This document shows, piece after piece, positions 25,774 to 38,545 of a DNA stretch of 64,000 nt. Numbering within the stretch: the first letter of the stretch is position 1; every line of letters starts with the position of its first letter. This stretch comes from Phoronis australis (Eukaryota > Animalia > Phoronida). The DNA lies in assembly GCA_002633005.1 (NCBI GenBank), contig NMRA01000204.1, forward strand, positions 190,260-254,259, written 5' to 3'. A program made the translations under genes and the position numbers. The notes below the pieces were generated by a model. It made no database searches, was not told the DNA's origin, and saw only the letters and a list, made by a program, of their open reading frames with translations.

Positions 25774-26257
25774 GACGGCGTTCTCCCGTTCAGTGACTAC
25801 CAGAGGTTAAGGCTTGTGCGCCTGTGATAGCATCGATCTCCTTTGTTAACTGCCAAGCACAGTCTTTTGTCTGGTAGCTCATTACATACCACATGTGAAT
25901 ACAATCAAACCCAGAGCGAACTGGTACGTTTGAAAAGAATAAATTGTCGTAAGTTTGGTGGCGGTCGGGCGATTTTCGCGGGTCAAAAGCATTTGAGGAG
26001 GAATTCAGGAATTCTATTGGTTTTTGTTCAAATATGTTATAACTTAACTTTTATTTTAACAGTACAGCCCAGTCAGGCTAGATAGGATCTTATTGGAGAT
26101 TAGAGCAATTATCGAACAAAAGAGAGCTGGCCCTCCAACCATGAATGCCAGAATGAAGTTAATCAGTTGTGTGCAATATTGGCTACAGGGGTCATCTTCC
26201 CAACTTGTCCTTGGGCTATAGAATTTAACAAGTTGGGATTAACGGGACAACGCCGTC
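25774..26257. mobile_element. MITE with 17-bp TIRs (family 2, copy 1)
   Basis: gacggcgttctcccgtt / aacgggacaacgccgtc (16/17 inverted). About 380 bp is homologous to 41680-42138. Confidence 0.8.
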
Positions 26258-26469
26258 GTCATGTGACTTGTCACATCATCTCATCATCCCAATCACCACC
26301 GTTGTTGCCTTCTGATTCAGTTGACATTGTTGTTTATTCAGACACTGTCACTTCAATCATTCCTGTCTGCCATCCATACAATGGAAGCAATAATGAATCT
26401 GCAGGACTGGTATGTCGATCGTCCTCATCACATTTTTCATCATGGTAGTCTTGATTATCTTCGTCCTCC

Positions 26470-26580
26470 CATCACCACCACCACCATTAAACCACCAATC
26501 ACACCACCACCTGAACCACATTCACGAACAACCATCCACTATCAACCACCACCTTGATAACAACCACCACCACCACCACT
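26470..26580. repeat. Degenerate (ACC)n microsatellite
   Basis: caccaccaccacc-rich tract; explains the Thr/Pro-rich spurious ORFs here. Confidence 0.85.
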
Positions 26581-29064
26581 ATTCTTGAGGTTCAACTTCA
26601 TCAAGTTTACCATCTGAGCTATTTTTTGTTATTGCACCTCACAAGATACTTTTTAACCGATAGATCTTCGTACGAGCTGTTTTCAGATCAAACTGAAGAC
26701 GTGAAGCAACTTATAAATGCTCTAAGGCTCTTTACATTTCATTGGTCAAGTAAAATCTTGACATTTGGGCAAATATTTGATTTACAGTATCTCATTATTT
26801 TGGAAATGTTACACCATAGTTTGTTTTGCTTTGTTTCCTTAGTAACAGGTGTCCATAGGTTAGTCACCAACAGTTTGCTCGCAACTGATTATGCGCATAA
26901 AATTAGTAACATATCATGACTGGATTGCATAAAACCTTGAATCAGTCTGATTATTGCATGACGTCAAATGCGTTATTCAACAATGGCAATGTGGTGCGTG
27001 ATAATGCGACGTCATTGTTGCTATCCTGTACGCCACTGGGCCCAGGTAAATAGTATATTCTGTAGAACAACTTCCTGGCACCAACTGCAAGAGCGGTATC
27101 CAGGTGATGTAAACTAATGATATTAAATGACAAATCTGTGAAGCGGACAGCTAAACAGTTCAAAATGCATAGTTAAGACATCTTTAATGTATGTGTTAAC
27201 ATTAGGGATTAGGCCAATAACAGCATAGCTCATTTTTCTGGTCTGATTTTTGAAAATCTTAGTGGTGTGGTATTTTTTCGTTGTTCATTTTTTCAAAAAG
27301 AAAACCGACCTGATACAAGCAAAAATGGTTCATGATTTTTCCTTGTTGCTTGGCAAAGTATTGGCTTGTCCTTGCTTGTGTACCTTAGTGCATCTTTTCA
27401 AAAAACAAGACCAGTGTTTTTGTTTTTTTAGTTGGTAAGTGCTGGTCTCGGAATGACCTGAACCATCAGCTGTTCCGCCATATTGTGTTGATTCTAATTT
27501 CAAGAATCTTACTGTAGTCACATAAGCCACACTGATAATGATACCAGTATTGGTAAGTAACTTCATCAGCATTTTATGTGCATGTCATTGTCAGCTTCTT
27601 ACTAGCCATCCAATAGAAAAATTACCATTACCTTTGGAAATTTTTTATGGCTGTTGACCGACTGTCTTCTTCCTGAGTAGTGATTACCACTTTAAGGAGA
27701 AGTTCTTGAAAATAGTACGTTGTAAATAGGGCTGGGGCATAAGAAAATGGCTGCTAATCAACAGCCATTGAAAATATTTAGAGGCAATTCTCATATTTCT
27801 ATTAGATGGCTATTTAGCAACTGACTATAAATTGATGTCAGTGGTTTTGACAAAGGGCTTAGTAAGTTTTTTCAGTTGACAAAATAAAATTCACCAAGTA
27901 TGTGAAGTTTTCTTGCATGCTTGGATGCACTTTATTTGTGATTGACATGAAATGTGTACACAATCTAACTTATCCAAAGGTTGGCTCTCGTGGTCGAATG
28001 CGGACACAAGATGGCACTGACTGGCAGCTATTTTTCAAATTTTCACTTGTCATAGCTGGATAGCCCCCAATACCTTTTGTGTGGTTTTTCATAGAATTTG
28101 GTATCAGATAGCACTTGTCAAGCACTGCTATCTGATTGCATTGGTATGTTGTTAAACCTTAATAGTCTCGAATTTTCTGAGATTTTCTGACAACTGTTTT
28201 TTGCCTCATTCTTTGCTGCATGGTTGCTAGCTTATCAGCAGCTGTTCATACCTATATGTTTCTTAAATCAGTTTTGTCGTCATTTCTGATCGGCGTCTAT
28301 TTTCATTGTCGTTGTCTTCATCATTTCCAGTTATTTATGACATTACCAAACGTTTAAGAATTGGGGCAATCCTCTTTGGTTACAGTCCGTGTCCAGTTGA
28401 CCTGAATTTTACAGGCAGCATTTCCTATCAATAATGAAGACCTATTGGTTGAAATTACGCCGTATGGCACTGTAATGGACTCTTTTTATTTGCTTATTGA
28501 GCTGTAGCTTAGGTGTCCTTTCACCGATCAGCAACTCAATTTTTCCAAGTGTCACTCTCTAGCGCTTTCATTATCCAAGCGTTTTGTTGAACTCTGAATT
28601 CTGTTTTTTAAGTGGTATAAACTGATAGTATGATATGTAGTGTTCAGCTCTTGGTAAGGGGTAAATTTCTGATTGCTAAGTTATGCTGCTCTAATGCCCT
28701 TTGAACGGGATGTGTATGTACCTTTTTTGAAGGGAATTTTGGTTAATATGACATAGTTTTATATATCTTTATTTATGATACTGTAAAATGTATTCGGAAC
28801 CATTTAAGTTGATTTATAAGAATAAAAATGATAAAGCACCCATTACTCTGATGCTGTTAATCCATGCAAATACTGTGTGGCTGGGTAAATTGCTGTTGTG
28901 TTACTTTTTATCATTTCTGGCATAATTTCTCAATTTAAATGGCTAATTATGTACCGAGTCGAGGGCAGAAAACCAAGAGCAGGTGTTTATGCCATTAAAC
29001 ACAGCTAAATTATGTCACCCTTATGGTTCAAAGAATTTTTATTTTATTTACTTCATATATACAT

Positions 29065-29960
29065 ATTTTTATGCGGGTGCATATTGCCATCATCTCTGGG
29101 CATCAGGTTGCCCAACGTCCACAGCTGTTTTTCTTTAACCCCTTGCAGGACCGTATTGAAGTTTGGCAGGTGTGTTCCTACATCGCTGGTGACAGATGAC
29201 GATGAGTTTTGGACCGACCCAATTACAGCTGTGGCAATCATATTTTTTACGTTTGCCTTTTGTATCTTCAGATTTCCTTGACGTATTTTCATGAAATTCA
29301 GCAAATAGGGGACAATGGTGCCATTCCATTTAAGGAAAGATTTGACAAATTTTACGCCACCTTGTGGACATTGAGTTGTTATTTGCATCTGTTTCCTGGC
29401 GTCCCCCTCTCTATCTGCCATACCGATCAAAGGATCATTATAAAAGTTTACAGATGTGTTGCTGATGAAAAGGTCACAACACACATCAACATTCGGGTGT
29501 GTCTGACTACTGTGTTGCCCCCTAGTGACTATTTTGTTTTTTTTGCTCTGCGACCGAATCTCCTTAAATCTTTGAAGGGGCTTTGTGAAATTTGAAAGAT
29601 GTATTCCTATGGAGCGGTCGACAACTGGTAACGAGTGTTGAATTGATCCAGATACCACCGTGACTCCTAAGTGGCAAATTTTTTTTTTCTACCTTTGCCT
29701 CTTCGAATTTCAGTAATGTAGTTTCACGAAATTCGGCAAATAGGTTTTTATTAAGGAGACGACAACGCCTTTTTGGACAGATTTGATTTTTCTGCACCTC
29801 TGGTGGCTATTTTTGTTATTTTTATGTCCGTTTTCTGGTGTCCACATCACTATCTGCCATTCCGCTTAAAGGATTATGAAAATTTCTGGCTGATGGTGAG
29901 TTTTGGATGTTTTTTACTATTCTGGCACCTCTTTTTGCATCTATGGATGTATCTCCTTAA
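29065..29960 (+). mobile_element. HINE-like repeat copy
   Basis: Starts tttttatgcgggtgcatattgcc and carries the same subrepeats as 20801-22536. Confidence 0.65.
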
Positions 29961-32900
29961 CCTTTGGATACAAATATGCAAGATTAAAAAATAAAAATTG
30001 CTCTTACACTTTTCTGAATTATCATTTTGTCTTTGTTTCATGTTTTTTTCCATCAAAATCATATTAATCTTAGTTTTTGATAGACCTTCATGCAAAAGTG
30101 TAATTTATTAAAAATAAGTCCCAAAAGCGTTTTGGAGAACAATAAGTATCTGAAAGTTTCATATGAATCGGACCAGCCATTTCATGGAATATGATGTTCC
30201 AAAATTTGGCCATACTTGGACGTTTTTCTAGGGTCCTACATAATCTTATTAGGTTGATGTGCTAAAAGCATCTAACCTTGCCTTTGTTCAAACAGTTTAT
30301 ACAGTTGTGAAATCCTGTTCAAGTGAAGATGTTTATTTGAATTATCCTAACAACATCAACCTTATTTGTGATAGATTCTGTGGTATTATTTTTTAACAAC
30401 AGTGTTGTGGTCGGCTTTAAGGTTGTGGTTCGTTTAGCGAACTCATGATAAACGTCAGAAAAAGGTGAAAATTATCCGGTTTTAAGAGAAGAAAATGTTT
30501 CCTGTTGAAAGTTTTACCACAGTTCTAGGCATCAGTTTGTACTTTTAAATGGTTTCTATTGTTATTGATTTTTATTTTTGAGTGATAGAACACATGATTT
30601 TGGCTAGACTTTTCTAGACAGTTTATGAACTTTACTCTGGAATGCTTTTGGTCATGTGGCCATGATTTTTTGGTAAAAGGTCTATTGATAGAAAAAAATG
30701 ACTTCCGACTAGCATTATTCAATTTTTTAATTAAAACTAAAATGAAAATAGTCACAAACCATATCTGGGATTTTTCTTAAATTGAGCCAATTTTTAAGCT
30801 AAAAATATACCCAGTGTTCACAGCACTTTTCTAAAAATGATGTGACTCTTAATGCTAATTTAAATAATAATGGAAAACGATATGTGATACAGTTTACACA
30901 TTTGGAGACTGTGCTGTCAGATAACTCAGACATTGCTACAGTCTGTGATCCTTGGGATATCACATTCCAAAGTTTGACGGCTTGCTCAAACAGCAATGGC
31001 TAAAAAAACGTGTTTGAGTTTTGCGTGTCAACAGTCAAACAGTCACAGATGGTCTTGACAGTGACTGCAACTTAATACCATTTTCCTTCTGTTGCTAACT
31101 AAAACTTGAAGTGTGTCCATTGAGGGTCACATGATTCGCTAAGGTTAACCTCTGGATATCTTGGAGATACCATCCATGCAACTTAATAGAATGTGTTGTA
31201 GATGACCCTGCAAAAAGCCAACTTCTCAGTGCTGCATTCACCTCTTTGTTGATCACCGCCATTTTAATTTGTGCAAAGGTTGCTGGGAAATTTTTGGTTT
31301 TGGAAGGAAATTTCCCTATAACACAGAACCATGCTGAGTACCAAGGCTATCTTGCAGTCTGCCTCAGCACAGGTCCACTTCCTGCCCACAAAATCCTTCC
31401 CATCTATTTGTCCTGCCTCTCAAATGAAAGCAGTAGTTGTTTACTCTGCAGATAAGATTTAGAGAGATAACAGAAAAAAATCGTAATCAATAAGAATAAA
31501 GCTAAGTAATGACGACAAAAGTAGTGGAAGTAATCTGTAACTTGTCAAAAATGTGCCCATGAATGTCAACTGTGTGTACGATTGTAGCCTATACAAGGTG
31601 GTGTTTCATTTTGGGAATAGGCTATCTAATTTACATTTCCCCCAAGAAAATTACAAAACAAGACAAAACTTTGTTTTGATTGGTCATTTCAAAGCATTTC
31701 TCGAAAGCTTGAAAGTGCACCGAAAAGATTGATTAAATTTGATTTTGAAAAGCAGCAGTCAGTTAGTTCTTCTGTTGTATTTCTCAAATGCTGTTTATGT
31801 TTCATTTTAAAATGAATCTTTAGAGTATCAGTCATTGAATTTAGTAAGAAATAGGGACATTTGAAAAATTCTGTCATTCCAAAATTTGTTGTAAACATTT
31901 TGACAATTCAATTGCCCTTTTCTGCAAGATAAAATACCTATTCTATTTGCCAGACATTCAACTGTCAGAAATAGCAAATTTCAACCTGTCTCAAGTCAAC
32001 TAAAAGTGTGAAAATGGTACAAAAAATCAATGTACTGAGGAGTCATTGCTTTTTATAGGCTTTTCGAACAATCTTTCAGACTATCAACACTCCCAATTAT
32101 TCAGAAATTTCATAATTCAGTATCGGCCCTATGGGCCAATGGCACTTCAGACCTTTAGCCTAATTCAGGCTATCGAGCTGACCCCGAATTATTTGTTATT
32201 CCAGCGCAGTGAACTTCAAAATATTACCCATACTGCTTTGAATGACCGGTGGCACCTTGAGTGATTTATGAACTGTTGTTGACTATAACATGTAATCATA
32301 GATTACAGACAACAGATTCGAAACTCCGTCATTTTCTTGCATAATGTCCTAGAGGAGGTGCCATTCTCTAAACAGCAAACTCAGCTTTCGGTTAGTGTAT
32401 TGTGAGGGGAACATGTGCTTGTATCTATTTTGCTGTCCAGGACAACGAACAGAAAAATAATTTTGGTATTGAAACGCTGTTCAATTTCTTTCAATACTAG
32501 AACTCTTGGTATCATGAGTACTTTTGACAACAGCTGACCATGATTAGCAGACAACGTACATGCCAGAAGTAATACGTGCTATGTCTGCCAGGTGTCGCTA
32601 GTGAATAGTGACGTACGGCCTATGCATAAGATCACAGATTTTGTCCATTGAAAATATATGGAGTCAACGGTGGTCCATGCACTATAGTCTATGTTGTAAT
32701 GAAGGAACACAATGCTACTGAAGATTGATTGTGTCACTCAGCCATTGGTGTTTATGCAATAGTAGTTAAAGCAGGACCTGAAGATGCAAGCCTTTTGCTA
32801 TTAGCTGTTGACACCACTTTCTATTCTTATATGAATTAGACAAAGTACATTTAGACATGGGAACACTAACAGTGGGAGGCTTCATATTTGAACAGAGTGC

Positions 32901-33174
32901 TTCCACATATAGATTACTGTGGCATTTGCCATTCAGCGAAAGCAAGCATAGCTTTTCAATCAGAACGACTACAATAGTCAAGCAGCTTTAGCCATAACAG
33001 GAGCAGACAATGGATCTAACACAATCAAGGTTCTAAATAGTCTGATTCAGTTGTCACTAAGTCAAAGGTCCCTTGCTGCGCAGTGAGGGGAACTGTTGAA
33101 TACCATTAAGATCCAAGGTTTTTCAAGACTGAGTGTCTATAATTGTCAGGGACTGACATTGTAGGCATTTCATT

Positions 33175-33343
33175 TCAGTCATGTGAATTCTCAGCAAATC
33201 GTAGTAACTGCTCTTTCCGATAATCAGAAACACGTATTCCTCGTTCTTGCAAATATTTCATGGGATCTGGGACTTTTAAAGCGCAAAAATCGGGTGCAGT
33301 TTCACCAGAGTAGAAAGCGGTGTGACTACCAGGCTGCCATCTT
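33175..33343 (-). pseudogene. Relic of a SAP-like N-terminus, probably from a transposon-borne gene
   Basis: FCALKVPDPMKYLQERGIRVSDYRKEQLL fits the SAP pattern LKVxELKxxLxxRGLxxSGxKxxL. A likely start context caagATGgcagcc is out of frame. Confidence 0.55.
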
Positions 33344-33679
33344 GAATTTCTGTCCACCAAATCTGAGTCGCGTTCAAGCGAGACCCTTTCGTGGCCTCAG
33401 TACACTAATGGAAGCGCCAATATGAAAGTTTGTCACCACAGCTATCACTTTTCTGAGCAATCCTCTGATCAGGTTCAATGAGGTCAAAGGTCACTCTCAG
33501 TGCAAACATAAAGTTTGAGCTAGACACCAAAGCTTGAGACATATGATCTGTACTTGTAAGCGTTTCGCAATGTAAAACTTTGGAGTTATTTTGTCCACTC
33601 ATTGGGTTCATGAAGTGTATGTTAATTTGGAGTTAACTTTTTCAGTGAATTTGTGTTGCCCAATCTCAGCTGGTAAGGG

Positions 33680-34560
33680 TGTCAACATACGGTAAAGTCG
33701 CGTGATTTTCGGACGGCCCGCCATTTTCGGCCAAGAATAAATATTTCCGAAATGAGTTTTTCATAGTCCACGAAATTCGTACAAGGTCCAAAAACTGTTT
33801 TTAATGATCTTCGAACTTCGGACAATGTCATAAACGTCGGATTTTTGCCCCGCGACTTTCGGACAAGGAAAATTTTAGAAACGCTAATTTGGGATCGACG
33901 CAACTCCCGTGTCACTAAAGCGTTCAACGGATGATTACTACTCTATAAGGCTTGAATCTGAGAATTGGTGTAACGGGCTTTGTAATTTTTACCTTGTCTT
34001 GACGATGTCATGACCGTTACTCGATTGTCTTGCGTTTAGCTTGTGTTTGGCGCTTTAGCTATGGAAAGAGTCACCGAGTCCCGCATGACGAAAATTTCTG
34101 ATGAAAATACAAATGGGAAATACACCGAAGGCTGCAGTTTTTCGTTGTAGCGTAACATGTGCTCTGGTTTAATTAGACCGTGTTGTTCGACTTCGGACTG
34201 TGACATTGAACTTGCACGCCTGACATCAACTTGCGTGTTTACGAAACGTTTTTATTTTTAAAACGTCCTGGCCTTTGCAAATGCCCTTGTTAGTGGCTAA
34301 AATCTCCGGCGACGTGTCCCGATTTTATTCTTGACGTGATGAGAAATATTTTTTGTTTAGGCCCCCATTCACAATAGGCCACAGCTAAGTCTGTCCGTAG
34401 GATATCGCGCGTTCAAAGTAGTGTAGATAGTGAACAGCAGCAGCCGAATGAGACGGAGCCAAAGTAAAGCTGGTTAAAAATCAAACATAGTGCAAGGCCC
34501 AGCACTCAGAAAGGGGCGCGGCGCACACGCAATTGTTACAGAGACATTGCATCCCTGTCC
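33680..34560. promoter_or_regulatory. CpG-rich putative promoter or first-exon region
   Basis: Visibly higher CpG density than the flanks; YY1-type CCGCCATTTT at 33718-33727. Confidence 0.4.
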
Positions 34561-36204
34561 TATGTTGTGTAAGCGCCGGTGTGCTATAACACATATCAAA
34601 AACTAATGTACATCCACGTAACCACGTTTCATTACCCTTACAAATTGTCTGTTGCTCTCTGATAAGCATCGCAGATGCAAGAATCTCGTACTGTTGTAAT
34701 GCTCCAGAAAGGGTCAACTGGTTGATGGCTCATTAAATTTCCAAAATATTATTTTTCGGTTTTAAAGAGACGTTTTCCAACTTTAGAACTCAGGCAAGAT
34801 ACCAACCACTTGCAGGTGTTACCTTCCTAAGCGTTTCACTCATCCAATTACATCTAAGGCCAATGCACCGGAAAGTGTTAAGTTTTCAAAATATTATTTT
34901 TCCAACTTTTTCAAAGAGTATGAGTGACAGGATGCACCATCAGTACACGTACTAAGGGTGTTAAAACAATAATTGTATATTGCTTGTCACGCGCACAGTC
35001 TGTTTTTGCTATGGTAACGACCTTCTAGTTTCAATTGTGTTGAATCTTATGGGAAATCTCAAATTAAATATGCTGTTAATGTTGGCACACCTCAATTTGC
35101 AGATTGAATTTGATGGAAAAATTGTCAGTTACCGTATTCAGCTAAAGTTCTGTTTTCTACTGAACCGTATAGCCACGCTGGTTCTAAAAGCATGACGCCT
35201 TTTTCAGCAGTTTTGCTGAATTGACTTCTTTGTGGTAATTAAGACTCGTTAGGTATTTCGTGATTATACCTCGAAGCAGTGAAATTAAAGTAGATTGAAG
35301 TAAGCGTCTTTTGTTCTCATGCACTTATTGTATCTGTTGGTAACCAACTAAAACTGCACCAGTCCAATGTCCTTCCTAAATATTTATTTTGTTCTATTTA
35401 AAAAAACTGCTGTTTACCCTGTTGAACTATCTCGAAAATGAAAATCAAACTTTTGATGCCTGTACTCTCCTCAAATCTGTCACATAATATTCTTCACTGT
35501 AATAGGATTCCATTTCCGTTATTAACTCAATCCACGGGCAATGCATGCACGCGCCATTTTCAAATTCCGTTGCTTTAGGGTTGGCTAACTCAAATAAAGC
35601 GTGAAATTTTTCTTGTGTTGTTGATGGTTTCAATTTTCTTTTGGGGACAGAAACAGAAATGTATCGTGATGGTGAGAAATGTTCTGTTGCCAGTTTTATG
35701 TAAGTAAACAGCATGATTGGATTTTTGTTTCTTAGCCAGTTTAACTAGTGAGTAAAATGCAGATTTCTCCTTGACACAAATATGGTGTATTAACTAAAAG
35801 GTTTACAATGCAGTACACCAAGGGCACATTACTAAAACATAAACTGTGATTATTAAGCATGCATCTTGCCTAGCCTACCATTTACCTGAGTGTATAGATC
35901 AGTCATCAGAGTTCACACTCTGTGAATGAAATTACCTGTCACTTGGCCAGTAAATATCCACTTGATTAGTAGCAGGATAAGCCGTGAATAAGATTCCAAG
36001 CTATGGACAGTCTGTTAGTATTCCATGGATTTTGTGCAGGATTTGAAAAGTTGAGTATTGGATTTCACAGGATTCAACAAACATCAAACAAAGCAAAATG
36101 AAGAGACATGCTTCAATTGTTTCAGAGCTGTCAGAAAATTTATTGATTTTTATCCACAACAAACGGATTTCGCACTAACTGAGCTTATTTTAATTCGCTA
36201 GCAG

Positions 36205-36242
36205 GCATCATTGATGGACGATTTCTTGTCTGTTGACATCAG
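36205..36242 (+). CDS. Candidate small exon of an unidentified downstream gene
   Basis: Branch point cactaac at 36173-36179, tagcag acceptor, CAG|gtaaga donor. The only open frame reads ASLMDDFLSVDI. Confidence 0.4.
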
Positions 36243-37368
36243 GTAAGACCCATTGACTCTTCCTCCGTTTTTGGTAGTAATCAAAGGTTTTTATCTGTAA
36301 AAACTGTCCTGATGCTTTTGCCTCATATGATGTTTGAAACTGGATATTGCGCTGGCTTTTGACTAACTGGTGTTTAGTGTATTAAAATCAGTGATGTCAC
36401 ACAGACTTGGATAGCATCCCTTGAGTTTTTGTCACTACTGAAATGATTTCTGAATAATTGGAATATTGCGCTATAATGTGTTTATGAATATGAGAACGAA
36501 CAACTTGAAATACGCAAACAAACCCATGTTAAAGCTACATTTTGCCTTCAAAATCAAATTCGGCCTTTTTCCCCTCATAAATTTTGTCTCGTAGTAGTTC
36601 TTAACACGATAAGATTCCATTTCCGTGATTCATTGGTGTTAATGGGCAACCTTCAAATTACAGTATCGGCAATCAGGTGCACGAACACGTCGCCTGTGAC
36701 TTGATATTGCCTACACAGTTGACAATAATGCTAGAATATAGTGATTTGATTGAGCTTTAGGTGACAATTGTGAGACTTCCCATGGTCTAATCTTTGTTCT
36801 TGAATTATTTTTGACATTTTTCATTCTACCTTTACTACAATGTCACGTAGGTTTTTATTGTGTTCGACCATTTTATGGTTCTCTCAAAGAACTGTCATAT
36901 AGTTCAACTTTGAACTTGATTACTCCTAAATTTCAGCCTCTAAGTCGAGTAACTAAAAATTTCGATTTCAGACTCAAACTGTTACCCTTAATATAGGGGT
37001 CATCGAGTAAAACTAGGATTAGACAGTTATCGTATTGTAAGCCATTCTGTATTCAAGCATAAATAATAGACTCTCACTTGTTAATTAAGACAGAAAATGC
37101 CAGAATAATTTTGAGTTCGATCTGGAGTAAAAATGTTAGACTGCGGCTCTAGGTTTGAACGTCAGTGAAGTATTACAACTTCAAGAAAAAATTGTGTAAC
37201 GTAATTTGAAATGACATCATAGCAGTCAGTATTGTGTTTTTAAAATATCCCTTAAATATTGGCTTTTAACTCAATACTCTGTCCAAATCGTATAATAAGA
37301 TGGTTTAGTGTTTGTAAAATACATATGTAACCTGTGATAATGTTTCGAACTTATTGATCAGGCGTAGG

Positions 37369-37490
37369 TTCAGTAACACTAGGACTTGGCTACAATCTAG
37401 CCAAAGTCACGTGTTTTCATTTAAAATACACGGCAGTATCTCACATAATGTCGCAGTCTTGCTTTTCAGCAAAGTCCTAGCGTTACTGAA
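37369..37490. mobile_element. Small MITE with 19-bp TIRs
   Basis: ttcagtaacactaggactt / aagtcctagcgttactgaa (18/19 inverted). A decayed relative lies at ~52192-52320. Confidence 0.75.
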
Positions 37491-37619
37491 TGAGAAGCAG
37501 GTCAGGGGCATTCCCTACGCATATGTTGTTCCTCTGAATTCCACTGAGAATAGGTGATGAGTGAAAGCTTATGAGACCATTGACTTTTTGAAGGCATTTT
37601 TATACACCTACACAGGTAT

Positions 37620-37980
37620 CAGTATAGTTCAGTAGTAGCCCTTCGTTTACACAAACTTCGTTAAAGACACGACTAGACTTTTTGTTAGTGAGCTTGATAC
37701 TGGTATGTTCGTATTTTCGGAACAGTCTCCTTTCTTCTGGTGTGCAGGTACGAAGTAAAAGACCGTGAGACATAACAAACAAACAAATAAAAACAGTAGC
37801 TATATTTCGTGACTTCATGTCACGTCATCATGAAATGAGTGGAATGAACATATACAGAGCGAAATACGCGTGACAGCGGGAAGAGGGGCATACAAGCAGA
37901 GAGTGTGAATGTGACACACAGTGGGAAGCCTGCAACCCTATCGAAACAGAGCCAGCCTGCGATACACATAGGTATTATGT
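37620..37980 (-). mobile_element. Penelope-like element 5' relic (pLTR-like region and ORF start)
   Basis: MSHGLLLRTCTPEERRLFRKYEHTSIKLTNKKSSRVFNEVCVNEGLLLNYT fits the PLE N-terminal pattern RxxE...K...FNxxCxxExLLPxYT. A hammerhead-like core lies just upstream. Confidence 0.7.
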
Positions 37981-38009
37981 AATCACTTGTGACAGTCATC
38001 TCCGGAGTT

Positions 38010-38545
38010 TGCGGCTGTGTCTTCTAAACCCCTTCTAGAATCTTTATGAAATCTGGCAAATTTACTCCTATGAATGCCGGGCAACAATTGTCAACCACAT
38101 TCGGATGGAGTGGACTACCCCCTATTGGCAATTTTCTTTTTTACATTTGTCGCTGTATCCTTCGACAACAAATTTCCATTTTCTATTATAAGGAGGTGAT
38201 GACGCCTTCTTATTTTCAGAAGGATTCGATGTATTGTTGTCATTTTTGTAATTCTTTGGTGTCCTCTCTATCCCTCAAATCAGGATTATCATGAAAATTT
38301 TCATAGGTGCTGAGAAAATCTAACTGATAACGATGATCTTCATGGAGGTCCCCTCCCTATTACCATTTATGCTTGTGTCTCAAAACCTCCCAAGTTCCTT
38401 GATAGATCCTCATGAAATTTGTTATTTGTTCCTATTGAGGAGAGTGCAACTGATTTGGATTTTTGTGAGCATAACTGACTTGCTTTGCTTTCTTTAGGGG
38501 CTATTATAAGTTTACTAGTATTGCTCCCTCTAGTGGGAATCTTCC
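38010..38545 (+). mobile_element. HINE-like repeat fragment
   Basis: Shared subrepeats (tctttatgaaatctggcaaat...cccctattggcaatttt). Confidence 0.6.

Noticed and set aside
29053-29658. 201-aa ORF and similar ORFs at 21442, 21968, 29209 and 55332
   Set aside because: They lie in HINE-like subrepeats, the frames are not conserved between copies, and there is no recognisable domain.
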